Assembly (NCBI GenBank): GCA_963820525.1
Contig: CAWGAA010000003.1
Coordinates: 800,001 to 864,000, forward strand
DNA from: an uncultured Spirochaetota bacterium
Lineage (GTDB): Bacteria; Spirochaetota; Spirochaetia; SZUA-6; Fen-1364
DNA: 64,000 bases
Direction of reading: 5' to 3'
Part shown: positions 1 to 10,571 of the stretch, in pieces
Position numbering within the stretch: position 1 is the stretch's first letter
Layout: every line of letters begins with the position of its first letter
Notes under the pieces: generated by a model
What the model saw: the letters and a program-made list of their open reading frames with translations, nothing else
Told to the model about the DNA's origin: nothing
Databases searched by the model: none
Translations under genes and position numbers: made by a program

Positions 1-1165
1 AATCCGCCGTGGTGCCCGTGATGCTCGTGTTCCAGTTTTTCTTCCGGTAGGTCAACTGCTGGCGTGTGTTCATCTCGGGCTCCACGCCCACCACGTTTGC
101 GATCTGGGCCTTGATGGCCGCCGCGTCGTCGAAGGTGAGGGTGGAGATGGAGCCGAAGCCCTGACGGGCGCCGCCCACATTGACGCTCCCTGGAACGACG
201 GTGAGGAGGTTGCTGCCCAGGCCCTCGATGCTCTTCTGCACTCCCACGGTGGCGCCCTGGCCCACCGAAACCATGGCGATCACGGCGCCCACCCCGATGA
301 GGATTCCCAAGATTGTGAGCACGGCCCTCATCCTGTTCTGCCAGAGAGAGCGGGCGGCGGAGCGGATGTTTTCCACGAGCTCCCCGGGGCTGAAGATCCC
401 GCGGCGCGCGCCGTTTCCCTCCGCCCGGGCGGAACGCAGCTTCGCCACGTCGATGCCGCTGCCGTTCGCCCGCGCGCTCCTCGTGACGGGCTCGTCGGAG
501 ACCACCACCCCGTCCTTGAACCTGATGAGGCGCCTGGCGTAGGCGGCGATGTCCTGCTCGTGAGTGACCATCAGGATCGTGATCCCTGTCTTGTTCAGGC
601 TGCGAAAGATCTCCATGATCTCCTGGCTGGTCTTGCTGTCGAGGTTTCCCGTCGGCTCGTCGGCCAGGATCAGGGCGGGCGAGTTGACCAGGGCTCGGGC
701 TATTGCGATGCGCTGCTGCTCTCCGCCGGAGAGCTCGTTGGGGGTATGATCCGCTCTGTTGGGAAGGCCTATCGCCTCCAGGAGGGCCAATGACTGGGAG
801 TTTGCCCGGCCGTCTCCCGAATAGATGAGGGGCAGCTCGATGTTCTGCCTCGCGTTTGTGCGCGACAGGAGATTGAAGCCCTGGAACACGAAACCGATGG
901 AGCGGTTTCGCACGGCAGCAAGCTCATCATCGGACATCGTGGACACATCGGTCCCGTTGAGCACGTACGAGCCGGAGCTGGGATGATCCAGGCAGCCCAG
1001 GAGGTTGAGGAAAGTGGACTTGCCGGAGCCCGAGGGCCCCATGACCGCCACGAACTCCCCTTCCCGCAGGGTCACGGAAACGCCCTTCAGGGCCTGGACC
1101 TCCACCCTCCCCGTCTCGTAGGTCTTGGTGAGATTCTCCACGACGATCAACGGCCGGCCGCTCAT
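1..1165 (-). CDS. MacB-like ABC transporter, ATP-binding plus permease (runs off window start)
   Basis: Manual translation from ATG 1165: [16 protein letters not shown]...GPSGSGKST (Walker A), LSGGEQQR signature, [11 protein letters not shown], then permease segment; GAGGAG RBS upstream. Confidence 0.9.
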   Translation of the reverse strand, partial: MSGRPLIVVENLTKTYETGRVEVQALKGVSVTLREGEFVAVMGPSGSGKSTFLNLLGCLDHPSSGSYVLNGTDVSTMSDDELAAVRNRSIGFVFQGFNLLSRTNARQNIELPLIYSGDGRANSQSLALLEAIGLPNRADHTPNELSGGEQQRIAIARALVNSPALILADEPTGNLDSKTSQEIMEIFRSLNKTGITILMVTHEQDIAAYARRLIRFKDGVVVSDEPVTRSARANGSGIDVAKLRSARAEGNGARRGIFSPGELVENIRSAARSLWQNRMRAVLTILGILIGVGAVIAMVSVGQGATVGVQKSIEGLGSNLLTVVPGSVNVGGARQGFGSISTLTFDDAAAIKAQIANVVGVEPEMNTRQQLTYRKKNWNTSITGTTAD

Positions 1166-1181
1166 TGCATTACTCCTCATG

Positions 1182-2486
1182 CTAGTGGAGCACCCGGAAG
1201 ACCTGGCCCATGTTCGACTGCCCCTGCCTTCCCTGCGTGCCCGCCGGAGCCTTTCGCGGCTGTACCACCACTTCCTGTCCCTCGTCCAGGCCGGCCAGGA
1301 TCTGGGTCTGCGAGCCGTCCGTGACGCCGGTCTGGACCTCCCATGCCACCGGCTTTCCCTCGTCGAGGATGGTCACCAGCGAGGAGCCATTGGAGTTTCT
1401 GATTGAAGAGCTGGGAAGAGTGAGCACATTGGGGAGGTTGAGAACGGTGACCGTGGCGTCCGCGTTCATCCCCCAGAGGATCTTCCCGTTCTTGTTGGGC
1501 ACCTCGATGGAGGCGATGAAGACGGAAACGTTGGACTGCACCTGGGCGTGGAGGTCGATCTGCGTGACGCGCCCCGTAAGGGTCATGTCGGGAAAGCCCG
1601 AGGGGGTCACGCTCGCAGCGTCCCCCGGCTTGATCCTCTCCATGTCGTTCTCGTTCACCTGGGCCTGCAGGACCATGGGATCGGGGTCCACCACCGTCAT
1701 GATGGCGGTGCTGGGGCTCACCAGGTCACCGACGTTCACGAGCACTTCCGCCACGACGCCGGAGACGGGCGAGCGGATCGTTGCGGAGGCCAGCACGATC
1801 CTGGCCATCTGGAGGTCATTGTCGGCCTGGGCGAATGCCGCCTGCTGGGCCTGGATCACGTCGTCCTGGGACTGGGCCTTCACGTTCTGGTAGGTGAGCC
1901 GGGACGCCTCGTATTTCGATCCGGCGATGGCGAGCTGGCGCTCCGCGTCGGCGAGCTGGCTCTTGGATGCGAGGCCCTGCTCGGCGAGCGCCTTGATGTT
2001 GGTGTAGTTGTCCTGCTGGCTGTCGAGGTTCAGCTTGTTGGTGGTGAGATCCGCCTCCGCCACCGCCACGTCCATTCCCACGGGCTTGGCCTTGAGGTTG
2101 TCGAGCTTCACCCTCTGCGACTGGTAATTGGCTTCGGCGCTCTTGACGCTCAGGTCGAGCCCCGTCGCGTCGATCTGGGCCAGGGCCTGGTTGGCGGCGA
2201 CACGCTCGCCCTCTTTCACCTGGATCCGCACGATCTTTCTTGTCGGCATGTTTGAATCGGGCCTGATCGTGGTGATGGTGTTGGGCTCGAACTGCCCGGA
2301 GGCGGAAACGGTCATGGTCATGTCGGCGCGCGTCACCTTCACCGTCGTGACGGCCACGGGGTCCTTCGGGTCAGCCCCGGGAAATACCTTTGCGCCCAGA
2401 ACGAATACGATGGCCGCCGCCACGACAACCGCGGCCGCCGCGATAATGGCGATGCGCATCATCTTCCCCTTTTTTCTGCCTTTCAC
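1182..2486 (-). CDS. Efflux periplasmic adaptor (MacA/HlyD-like)
   Basis: N-terminal TM, lipoyl-like half motifs (VKEGERV, IRSPVSGVV), coiled coil; lies between TolC and MacB genes. Confidence 0.9.
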   Translation of the reverse strand: MKGRKKGKMMRIAIIAAAAVVVAAAIVFVLGAKVFPGADPKDPVAVTTVKVTRADMTMTVSASGQFEPNTITTIRPDSNMPTRKIVRIQVKEGERVAANQALAQIDATGLDLSVKSAEANYQSQRVKLDNLKAKPVGMDVAVAEADLTTNKLNLDSQQDNYTNIKALAEQGLASKSQLADAERQLAIAGSKYEASRLTYQNVKAQSQDDVIQAQQAAFAQADNDLQMARIVLASATIRSPVSGVVAEVLVNVGDLVSPSTAIMTVVDPDPMVLQAQVNENDMERIKPGDAASVTPSGFPDMTLTGRVTQIDLHAQVQSNVSVFIASIEVPNKNGKILWGMNADATVTVLNLPNVLTLPSSSIRNSNGSSLVTILDEGKPVAWEVQTGVTDGSQTQILAGLDEGQEVVVQPRKAPAGTQGRQGQSNMGQVFRVLH

Positions 2487-2506
2487 GGTTTGCCTTCCTT
2501 TAGTTT

Positions 2507-3967
2507 CTACTCGCCCATCGCGTTCTGAAGGGCAAGCACGCCCAACTGCGAAGTGTTCTTCGCCTTGGCCAGGCCGACCTGCGCCGTGGTCAGCGTCACC
2601 GACGCGGTGAGAAGATCCAGCGCGGATATAACGCCCGCGTCGAATTGCGCCTTTGCCAGGTTGTACTGGTCCTGCGCCAGTGCGAGGTTCCTCTGCGCCA
2701 GGTCCGCCCGCGCCAGAAGGTCCTTCAGAGTGTAGACCGAGCCCTTGACCGTGGCCGCGATGTTCGACGTGAGCTGGTCGATCTTGATGTCGTCCGATTG
2801 CCCCTGAAGCTGGGCCTGCTTGATCTGGGATTCGGCAAGACCCGAGTCGAAGATGGGGACGTTCACCTGCACGCCCAGCGAATAGTCGGCGTAATCGTAG
2901 CCCGCCGTCCAGTCCCTATCCCACGAGACCCCACCCGTAGCGGCGACAACGGGGGATTGCAGCGCCTTCTTGAGCGCGAGGGCGATCGCGTCAGTGGATC
3001 TGGTGAGCTTCAGCTGCTTGAGATCCGCCCGCTGGCCGAACGCGGTCTGGACGGCCTGGTTCACGTCCAGATTCGGCACCGGCGGGTTTTCGACGTCCGA
3101 TACCGAATACACCTTGTCCGCCGGCCAGCCCACCAGGTTGGACAGCTTTTCCCTGTCCACCTCCAGGGTGGACTGCGCCAGGCTCAGGTCCAGCTCCGCG
3201 GTGCTCTCGTTGACCTCGGCCTGCTCCACATCGATCCTGGTTGCGTTCTCGTTCGCGAAGAGAGTCTGGATGCGCTTCAGCTCTTCCTGCCTCTGCTTCA
3301 CGGTATCCTGAAGCACTCCGATCTGCTGCAACTGTCCCAGCATCGTATAATAGGCCTGCTTCACGTTGTAGGCGATGGTCTTGCGCGTGGATTCATCCGC
3401 CGCCTGGGCGATCTGAAGCGCGATGCCCGCCTGCTCGACCGCCGCAGAGCCGCGTCCTCCCAGGTAACCGTCCCAGAGGGTCTGGCTGGCCGAAAGGGAA
3501 AGAGCGGACCTCTGATCGGAAAGGGCCTGCTCGTTGAGGTTGTAGGAGCCGGTCACGCTCACCGTCGTGGAAGGGCTGGAGGGCTGGGTGAGGGTAACGC
3601 CCGCCTGGGCGGAGTCCGTGGCGTTGGCGACGACCCCCGTGGTTGAAAAGGGGGAGGTGCTTCCCGTGTATTTGGAAGGCACCGTGTTCACGACGGGCTG
3701 CGAGCGGGTGGCGCCGGCAGTGGCGGAAAGGCCCAGCGAGTTCTGCGCCACGGCCTGAGAGTACTGGGCCTGGCTGGCCGCCAGCGTGGCGTTTGCCAGC
3801 TTGATATCCGGCGCATTCTGCATCGCCGCGTCAATACACTGGATGAGGGTTACGACGTTCTGTTGGTCATCTGCCATAACGGAAAGGGAGGAGGTGACGG
3901 CGATGAGTACGAGAACCGCAACCCTCGCCCGGTGCGATCGGAGAATCCAGTCCGCTCTCTTATTCAT
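2507..3967 (-). CDS. TolC-family outer membrane protein
   Basis: Signal peptide and two OEP-like helical repeats (VKQAYY, AQFDAGVISALDLL); start taken at MNKRADW. Confidence 0.85.
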   Translation of the reverse strand: MNKRADWILRSHRARVAVLVLIAVTSSLSVMADDQQNVVTLIQCIDAAMQNAPDIKLANATLAASQAQYSQAVAQNSLGLSATAGATRSQPVVNTVPSKYTGSTSPFSTTGVVANATDSAQAGVTLTQPSSPSTTVSVTGSYNLNEQALSDQRSALSLSASQTLWDGYLGGRGSAAVEQAGIALQIAQAADESTRKTIAYNVKQAYYTMLGQLQQIGVLQDTVKQRQEELKRIQTLFANENATRIDVEQAEVNESTAELDLSLAQSTLEVDREKLSNLVGWPADKVYSVSDVENPPVPNLDVNQAVQTAFGQRADLKQLKLTRSTDAIALALKKALQSPVVAATGGVSWDRDWTAGYDYADYSLGVQVNVPIFDSGLAESQIKQAQLQGQSDDIKIDQLTSNIAATVKGSVYTLKDLLARADLAQRNLALAQDQYNLAKAQFDAGVISALDLLTASVTLTTAQVGLAKAKNTSQLGVLALQNAMGE

Positions 3968-4034
3968 AACAAGAGGATACGCGCCGCGACGCCGGCGCTC
4001 CATAGATGGCGGGTAAAAAGAAAATAACTTCTTG

Positions 4035-5354
4035 TTATCCCCAGGAGGCCACCAGCGGGTGGCCAAGGGCCTCTTCGGGCCTCGCGCGATCCAGGGACTC
4101 GCCCACCGCAGCGAAGCGCCGGATCCTTTCGGCAAGCGGCAGGCCCGCCAGGGGGTTGTCCGGGCTGAACAGCGCATAGCGGGCGTCGGCCTGCGCCAGG
4201 TTCTCATGGGCGACCAGGGCCCAGGTGGCTGAAACCAGGTGGGAGAACTCCGGCAGGAGTATCTCGGGGCAGTGGAAGGATTGGCGCGGCTGGTTGATGT
4301 CTACCCCGCTCACCTCCATCAGCTGGTGGAGGGCGCACAACCGGCGAACTCTTGCCAGCTGCTCCCGGGTGTTTCGCGGCGGCATGTATGCCACGGCGCG
4401 CAGTCCCAGCCGCTTCACCTCCACGAAAAGCTCCTCGAGATACTCGTCCTCGAATTTTTCCGCCTTCTTGTCGCCCGTGGGGGAATCCGTCACGTCGCCG
4501 AGGTAGCCGTAACAGGCAATGGAGCCCGTCTCCTCCGAGATCCTGACCGCCTCACGCGCGGGCGGGCATTCATCGGAATCGGGCTGGATGAAGATCCGCT
4601 GGAGAAAGGAGCTTTTCAGAAAGCCCAGGAGATCGTACAGGAGGAAGGGATTCGAGTCATCCGCCAGGTTCGACGCCACGCGCCCCGTTGGCGGAAGCCC
4701 GAGGGGCCCTCTGAGGAAGGAGAGGAGCTTTTCTCCACGCCCGGCCTGTTCGACGATCCTGGCGCTCAATGCAAAGAGGATGTGGCGCTCGGTTATCGTG
4801 CCGCCCTCCGCCGCACGGGAACGGGAATGCACATCCCGGTCGAAATCCAGGGGCGCGAGGCCAAGCGCGCCAAGAATCGCGCTCAGCCTCTCGACCATCC
4901 GCCTGTTCCGTCTTTCGCGGGAGGCGCGGATCGGGGCCAGGAAGCCGTCGAAAGCGGCGCGGCTGCGCGTCGTGATCCCATGGACGATCACGTACATGAT
5001 CCCGGCGGAATCCGGGTTGTTGAGCTTCCTGCCCTCAAGGGCGGTGCCCGCGGCGCTGACGCGAAGCTCGACGCCGGCGGTGGTGGCGATGCCGAGGATC
5101 CTTCCGGCCTGACGCATCTCCGCCATGCCGGCCAGGCTCTCGTGGTCGACGATGCCCACGGCGAGGAGCCCCGCGGAATCGGCCAGATACGCCGCCTTGA
5201 CCGGCGAATACGGGCTGAAGGAATAGATGGTGTGAACGTGATTGTTCACCTCCCCGGTTCGGGGGACAGGCGCTCTTTCCCGCGCCATGCGAGCGAGGGC
5301 CGTCAGGCGCTCGGCGCTCGAGCCCGCGTTGAGAGGATCAGGGGTCGTTACCAT
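4035..5354 (-). CDS. PHP-domain protein
   Basis: NNHVHTIYS, IVDHES and GVEL metal-binding motifs. Confidence 0.8.
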   Translation of the reverse strand: MVTTPDPLNAGSSAERLTALARMARERAPVPRTGEVNNHVHTIYSFSPYSPVKAAYLADSAGLLAVGIVDHESLAGMAEMRQAGRILGIATTAGVELRVSAAGTALEGRKLNNPDSAGIMYVIVHGITTRSRAAFDGFLAPIRASRERRNRRMVERLSAILGALGLAPLDFDRDVHSRSRAAEGGTITERHILFALSARIVEQAGRGEKLLSFLRGPLGLPPTGRVASNLADDSNPFLLYDLLGFLKSSFLQRIFIQPDSDECPPAREAVRISEETGSIACYGYLGDVTDSPTGDKKAEKFEDEYLEELFVEVKRLGLRAVAYMPPRNTREQLARVRRLCALHQLMEVSGVDINQPRQSFHCPEILLPEFSHLVSATWALVAHENLAQADARYALFSPDNPLAGLPLAERIRRFAAVGESLDRARPEEALGHPLVASWG

Positions 5355-5413
5355 GGTTGAGACGAGGGTCGCTCTTCGCGGGCGGGATGGTCAAGGGCGC
5401 GGTGGGCTCCCGG

Positions 5414-6469
5414 TCAATACACGAATTGGACCACGCCGTACACCATGCCGGCGCTGGCGGGGCAGAAGACCACCTTGTTTCCGCGGGCGAGCCTTCCTTC
5501 CTTGATTGCCATGTCTATTCCGACCGGGATGCTGGCGGACACGAGGTTCCCGTAGGCGGGAAAGACCTTGGCGTACATCTTCTCCAGGGGGATGCCGATC
5601 TTCTTGCTCGCCGAGAGGTAGGCGGCGTCCGATGCGGCATGGGGGAAGTAGATGTCGGGCTCGTCGAGGTTGCCCACCGCCTCCTCGACAAGCGGAGCGA
5701 GCACCTCGTCGGCGTTGGCGAACATCTCCCGGCCGTAGGACACGAAGTTGTACAGCCCGTTCTTGGCCAGGCGTTGGCTGGGCTCCACGAAGCCCTCGTA
5801 GCCGTCCAGGGGGATGGTGCACAGGTCGCACAGCTCCGGCACGGTCTTGAACGTGAACTTCCACTCGCGGTCCGAAGGAACGAGGATCGTGGCCGTGGCT
5901 GCTTCCCCGATGGTATAGGTGGGAAAGGTGTACTCTATCTGGCGGAGGTTCTTCACCACGAAGTTGTCGGGGAAGCCGTGGTGGACGTTGAACTCGCCGT
6001 TCACGACCATGATGGTCTTGTAGCGCCCGCTCTTGAGGAACTCGTAGGAGATCTCCAGCGAGCGGATCCAGCTCATGCACGCGTCAGAGATGTCGAAGCA
6101 CGAGCATTCCATCTGCATGGCGCTGGCGTAGAAGTATGCGTTGGCCGGCTCCAGGAAGCCCTTGCCCACGCCGCAATAGATCAAAAGGTCGATATCGTCC
6201 TTGGAGCGGCCTGCCTTCTCCAGGGCGTCTTCCATGGCCCCTTTGATGAAGCCGATCGCCGCCTCCTGCTTCTCCGTGTCCCTGATGAAGCGGACCTCGG
6301 AGCCGGCCATCTTGAACAGGCCTTTGACCATCCTTTGATAGGTCTTCAGGACTACCTTGGAGATCCCATTGCTTTGGTCTTCGAGGAACTTCAGGATATC
6401 GTCATTCGTGACTTTCCGCGAAGGGAAACGTACCCCGATGGATTCTATCTTCATGAGCACCTCATTCAA
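5414..6469 (-). CDS. 3-oxoacyl-ACP synthase III family (FabH/OleA-like)
   Basis: DISDACMS catalytic Cys, FPHAAS His, YGNLVSASIP Asn. Confidence 0.85.
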   Translation of the reverse strand: MNEVLMKIESIGVRFPSRKVTNDDILKFLEDQSNGISKVVLKTYQRMVKGLFKMAGSEVRFIRDTEKQEAAIGFIKGAMEDALEKAGRSKDDIDLLIYCGVGKGFLEPANAYFYASAMQMECSCFDISDACMSWIRSLEISYEFLKSGRYKTIMVVNGEFNVHHGFPDNFVVKNLRQIEYTFPTYTIGEAATATILVPSDREWKFTFKTVPELCDLCTIPLDGYEGFVEPSQRLAKNGLYNFVSYGREMFANADEVLAPLVEEAVGNLDEPDIYFPHAASDAAYLSASKKIGIPLEKMYAKVFPAYGNLVSASIPVGIDMAIKEGRLARGNKVVFCPASAGMVYGVVQFVY

Positions 6470-6623
6470 TCAGAGGAAATTGCGCCAATTGACAGTGGCC
6501 CCGATCTTTGCTGGTTTTCTTGCCGGTTTCCTCGTCATAGTATACCATATTCCTTCCAATTGAACAGTACCATATCGGGGGTTCCCGCGGGATGAAACGC
6601 GGTGCCTCCTTGGGGGAGGGCGC

Positions 6624-7973
6624 ATGCGGATAGCGATCGTGGCCGTCGGCTCGCTGGGAGATGTGCGGCCATTCGTCGCGTTGGCGACCGGTCTGATTCG
6701 AAAAGGATATACGGTCCGCCTGGCAAGCCACGCTCCGTTCAGGGAGATGGCCGTGGACAATGGCCTGGAGTTCGCCCCCGTGGAAGGAAATCCCCGGGAC
6801 CTGGTGCGCGGAGAGGAGGGCCAGGCATGGCTGGCTTCCACCAACAATCCTCTCGCCTTTATGCTCCGCATGTCGAAGATCGCGGGTCTGGTCCTCGACA
6901 AGCTGAGCACCGACGCATTGGAGGCATCGCGGGGAAGCGACGCCGTCATCTACAACCTGCCGCTGGCGGCCTCGGGCTATTCGATAGCCGAAAGCCTCGG
7001 CGTGCCCGGCATCCCCGCCTCCCTCTACCCTCTCCACCCCACGCGGGCCTTTCCTTCGATTGTGGCCCCCTCCCTGCCGGTGAAAGGAGGGGCGGCGAAC
7101 TGGCTGAGCGGATTCCTGGCGGCGGAGCTCTTCTGGAGGATCTTCAGCTCGCACCACAACCGCTGGAGGCGGAAGACAGGGCTGCGAACGCTTCCATTCA
7201 ACGCGCCGCTTGGCCGTTTCGAGAGGGCAGCCGTGCCCTACCTCTACGGGTACAGCCCATCGGTTATCCCGATCCCGCGGGGCTGGAAAGAGTCGCGCGC
7301 GGTATGCGGCTACTGGTTCCTCGACCGCCCGCGCGAATGGCAGCCTCCCCGGAAGCTGCTCGACTTCCTTGGCCAGGGGGAGCCTCCGCTGTACGTCGGG
7401 TTCGGAAGCATGGCCGAGGGCAGCGGCGACCGGCTCACCGGCATCGTGCTGGAAGCCCTGGAAAGAACGGGACGGCGGGCCATCCTTGCCGCCGGCTGGG
7501 GCGAGCTGGGAACCCGAAGCCTCCCCGCGCGCGTACTCGGCGTCGAGTCGGTCCCGCACGATTGGCTTCTGCCCCGCGTTGCCGCAGCCATCCATCATGG
7601 AGGAGCGGGGACGACAGCCGCGGTCCTGCGCGCCGGGGTGCCTTCCATCACGGTCCCTTTCTTCGCAGACCAGTTTTTCTGGGGCGGACGGATCGCGGAG
7701 CTCGGCGTGGGTCCCGTGCCGATTCCCCGCAAGCGCCTGACCGTGAGCGCCCTGGTACAGGCCATAGAGGACATGCACGCTGACCGCGGCATGGGCAAAA
7801 GATGCCGTGCCCTGGCGCGGAGGATCGCGCTCGAGGATGGGATCGGCAAAGCGGCGGAAACGGTTGACCGCTACCTTCGAAGCACAACCCGGCGGATAAA
7901 CCAGCGCCGGAGCCTTCCGGGGAGAGCCGGGGCAAGCCTCCCGAGCAGCCGCGATTCCCAGCCCACGGCGTAG
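6624..7973 (+). CDS. GT1-type glycosyltransferase (sterol glucosyltransferase-like)
   Basis: GSLGDVRP N-terminus, HHGGAGTT and PFFADQFFW motifs. Confidence 0.88.
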   Translation: MRIAIVAVGSLGDVRPFVALATGLIRKGYTVRLASHAPFREMAVDNGLEFAPVEGNPRDLVRGEEGQAWLASTNNPLAFMLRMSKIAGLVLDKLSTDALEASRGSDAVIYNLPLAASGYSIAESLGVPGIPASLYPLHPTRAFPSIVAPSLPVKGGAANWLSGFLAAELFWRIFSSHHNRWRRKTGLRTLPFNAPLGRFERAAVPYLYGYSPSVIPIPRGWKESRAVCGYWFLDRPREWQPPRKLLDFLGQGEPPLYVGFGSMAEGSGDRLTGIVLEALERTGRRAILAAGWGELGTRSLPARVLGVESVPHDWLLPRVAAAIHHGGAGTTAAVLRAGVPSITVPFFADQFFWGGRIAELGVGPVPIPRKRLTVSALVQAIEDMHADRGMGKRCRALARRIALEDGIGKAAETVDRYLRSTTRRINQRRSLPGRAGASLPSSRDSQPTA

Positions 7974-8722
7974 CGCGTTCGGGGAGCCCGCGCGCTGAGC
8001 GCGCGCGCCACCACGCGGGCCACGCGGACGGCCGGGATGCCCGAGTGAGCGCTCCTGTCCGTGTATTCCTGGAAGGAAGCGGCGGCGCCGCGATAGGGAT
8101 CCCACCGTGGGCCCGCCTGTCCATTGGAAATGTCCTGCGCCAATCGTTTGGACTTCTCCCAGATCGGCGTCTTTATATTTCCCGGCTCGAGAATCGTCAC
8201 GCTGACCCCGCAGTCATGGAGCTCCATGCCCAGCGAGTCGGCGATGCCTTCCAGCGCGAACTTCGCACCGGCATACGCGCCCAGGAAGGGAAGGGCAAAT
8301 CTCCCCAGGATCGAACCCATGAGGATGATCCGGCCCCGCGCCGCGCGAAGGAGGGGGAGAAAGGCCTGCGTCACGGCGACCTGCCCCAGAACGTTCACTT
8401 CCAACTGATTTCGCAGCGCGGCGATTGGCAGGAGCTCGAGGGGTCCGGCCACCGAGATTCCCGCGTTGTTGACCAGGCCGTGAAGACCGGCCGCGCCGCA
8501 CTCGATTGCCACCGTTTGGGCTGCCGAATGGATGGATTGGCCGTCCGTCACGTCCAAAATGAGCGCGGAGAGGCCCTCGCCCGCGCTCCGCTTCAGGTCC
8601 TGCGCCGCCTCCTCGGTTCTGACGCCTGCAAAGACGCGAAAGCCGCGCGAAGCGAGCAGGAGGGCGCATTCCCTCCCAATCCCCGTCGATGCCCCAGTCA
8701 CGACAACGGTTTTGCCCTTCAT
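7871..8722 (-). CDS. SDR family oxidoreductase
   Basis: TGASTGIG, NNAG and YAGAK motifs; start at MKGKTV. Confidence 0.9.
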   Translation of the reverse strand: MKGKTVVVTGASTGIGRECALLLASRGFRVFAGVRTEEAAQDLKRSAGEGLSALILDVTDGQSIHSAAQTVAIECGAAGLHGLVNNAGISVAGPLELLPIAALRNQLEVNVLGQVAVTQAFLPLLRAARGRIILMGSILGRFALPFLGAYAGAKFALEGIADSLGMELHDCGVSVTILEPGNIKTPIWEKSKRLAQDISNGQAGPRWDPYRGAAASFQEYTDRSAHSGIPAVRVARVVARALSARAPRTRYAVGWESRLLGRLAPALPGRLRRWFIRRVVLRR

Positions 8723-8804
8723 AATCAGATTACTGACCGTAGCTGAAACGGAGAATGCTGTAAATATGCATGCCGAGTTGACAAAAAGGGGCCATCCCTT
8801 GATT

Positions 8805-10508
8805 ATGGGCAAAATGAAAACCATTTTACGGGCCGTCGCGGTTCTCTGGATCGCCCTGATGGGGGCGCGAGGGTGGGCCCTCTCCATCTATGACCCCAAC
8901 GACAGGATCTACACCTACCTGTCGGCCTGGGACGAAAAGGGCTACTACGACCCCCTGCCGATGCTTCGGCCATACCCCCCCCAGCTCATCCGAAGCTGCC
9001 TCGAGCAGGTCATGGCAAAGGGCGGCGAGCTGGACGCGGGCGTTGCCCGTGATTTCCTGGCTCAGATGAACGGAGAGGAAGCCCCCGCCGCGGTGCGGCC
9101 GGCCGAGGGGAGCCTTCTTCACATCGGCTTCGACTCCTCGGCGGAAGGATTCCTGAACGCGGGCACAGGCGATACATTCCTGCGGCCCGGCATCGAGCTT
9201 TCCCTCAATGGCGGCATCGGGCCGTATGTCCAGCTCTCCGGTATGACGGGGCTCTGGCTCTGGGACAAGAACGAGGCGGACTTCATCCCCTATAGGACCG
9301 AGGGCAGGATCTTCTATTCCGGCGGCGGCGGGGCCACGCTCACCATCGGCGGCACGAAATACAACCTCCCGAGCCTCTGGAAGGGGGGAATGTTCATTGG
9401 AAGCGATACCCTCTACTTCCAGGCCGGGCTCATGAAAAGCTCCTTTGGGCCGTTTTTCGATACGAGCGCCGTCCTCGGACCACAAGCCCCGGAGGCGGGG
9501 CACTTCTCCTTCACCTACAGGGGCGGATGGATCACGGTAAGCTCGGTGCTGCTGGATCTGTCGGCGACCACGGCGGTGGGATCGGGAAAACCCAATGCAA
9601 TCGGACAGACCTTTCCCTACGGCCAGCTCTACTCCCTGCATAGCAATCCGCCCGGGTTTTTTCCTTCAAAGTTCCTCGCTCTTCACTCCGCCTTGTTCAC
9701 CCCGCTGCCCTGGCTTGCCGTAGGCCTTCAGCAGGCGACGATGTTCGGCGCGAGGCTCGATCCCCTGTATCTCATTCCCTTCGGCTTCATCGCGGATTCC
9801 CAGATCTACTCCGGAGACTGGGACAACTCCATCATGGGCCTCTTTGCCCGCGCACGCCTTCCCTGGAACCTGACAGCCGATTTCTCCCTGTACATCGACG
9901 ACATGAACTCAAGCGAAGCCCTGAAGCTCAACTTCAACTCGGGCCAGGACAAGCTGGCCCTCCACGGCGGGATTCTCTGGACGCCGGACCTTCCCCTGTT
10001 CCTTCGCCTGTCTCTGGAATACCTCCTGATAACGCCGCACATGTACACGCACTCGCGCTTCGTTTACCTCAACTACATCAACTACACCAACTTCGACAGA
10101 AACCTCGGAAGCGTGCTGGATCCAAACTCCGATCAGCTCATTCTCAAGGCCCAGGTCCAACCCTGGACATGGCTCTTCGGCGAGACGTGGCTGAGGCTTG
10201 CCCGACACGGCAATGGTTCCGACCACGGAAGCGGCACGGTTGCCGGAGACGGCTCGATCTGGGACGACGGCTATGATTCAACCGGGACTGTGACCTTCTA
10301 CGGAAACTCCACCTTCCTCACGCAGAAGGTCCTCGAAGAGATCCTCCAGATCGGAGCGGCAGCGGAGGTCTCCCTCCCCGTCTCGGCTTTCAGGACGTGG
10401 TTTCGAGCCGAGTACGCCTTCGAGATCCTCAGGAACAAGGGACTGGTCGAGGGGGCCGATTCGATCAACAACTACCTGAAGCTCACCATCAGGGCGGGAC
10501 TGAAGTAG
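8805..10508 (+). CDS. Secreted/outer-membrane beta-barrel protein, Wzi-like
   Basis: Signal peptide, PMLRPY N-terminal motif, alternating beta-strand pattern, GSVLDPNSDQ motif. Confidence 0.55.
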   Translation: MGKMKTILRAVAVLWIALMGARGWALSIYDPNDRIYTYLSAWDEKGYYDPLPMLRPYPPQLIRSCLEQVMAKGGELDAGVARDFLAQMNGEEAPAAVRPAEGSLLHIGFDSSAEGFLNAGTGDTFLRPGIELSLNGGIGPYVQLSGMTGLWLWDKNEADFIPYRTEGRIFYSGGGGATLTIGGTKYNLPSLWKGGMFIGSDTLYFQAGLMKSSFGPFFDTSAVLGPQAPEAGHFSFTYRGGWITVSSVLLDLSATTAVGSGKPNAIGQTFPYGQLYSLHSNPPGFFPSKFLALHSALFTPLPWLAVGLQQATMFGARLDPLYLIPFGFIADSQIYSGDWDNSIMGLFARARLPWNLTADFSLYIDDMNSSEALKLNFNSGQDKLALHGGILWTPDLPLFLRLSLEYLLITPHMYTHSRFVYLNYINYTNFDRNLGSVLDPNSDQLILKAQVQPWTWLFGETWLRLARHGNGSDHGSGTVAGDGSIWDDGYDSTGTVTFYGNSTFLTQKVLEEILQIGAAAEVSLPVSAFRTWFRAEYAFEILRNKGLVEGADSINNYLKLTIRAGLK

Positions 10509-10571
10509 GAGAACACGGCGCGCGCCGAAGCCGGGAGCGCTGCGCGGGGCTCGCGGCGTGCCCCGCCGCCT

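Noticed and set aside
5414..8722. KAS III, glycosyltransferase and SDR as a biosynthetic cluster
   Set aside because: Three different orientations, no ACP or other pathway genes.
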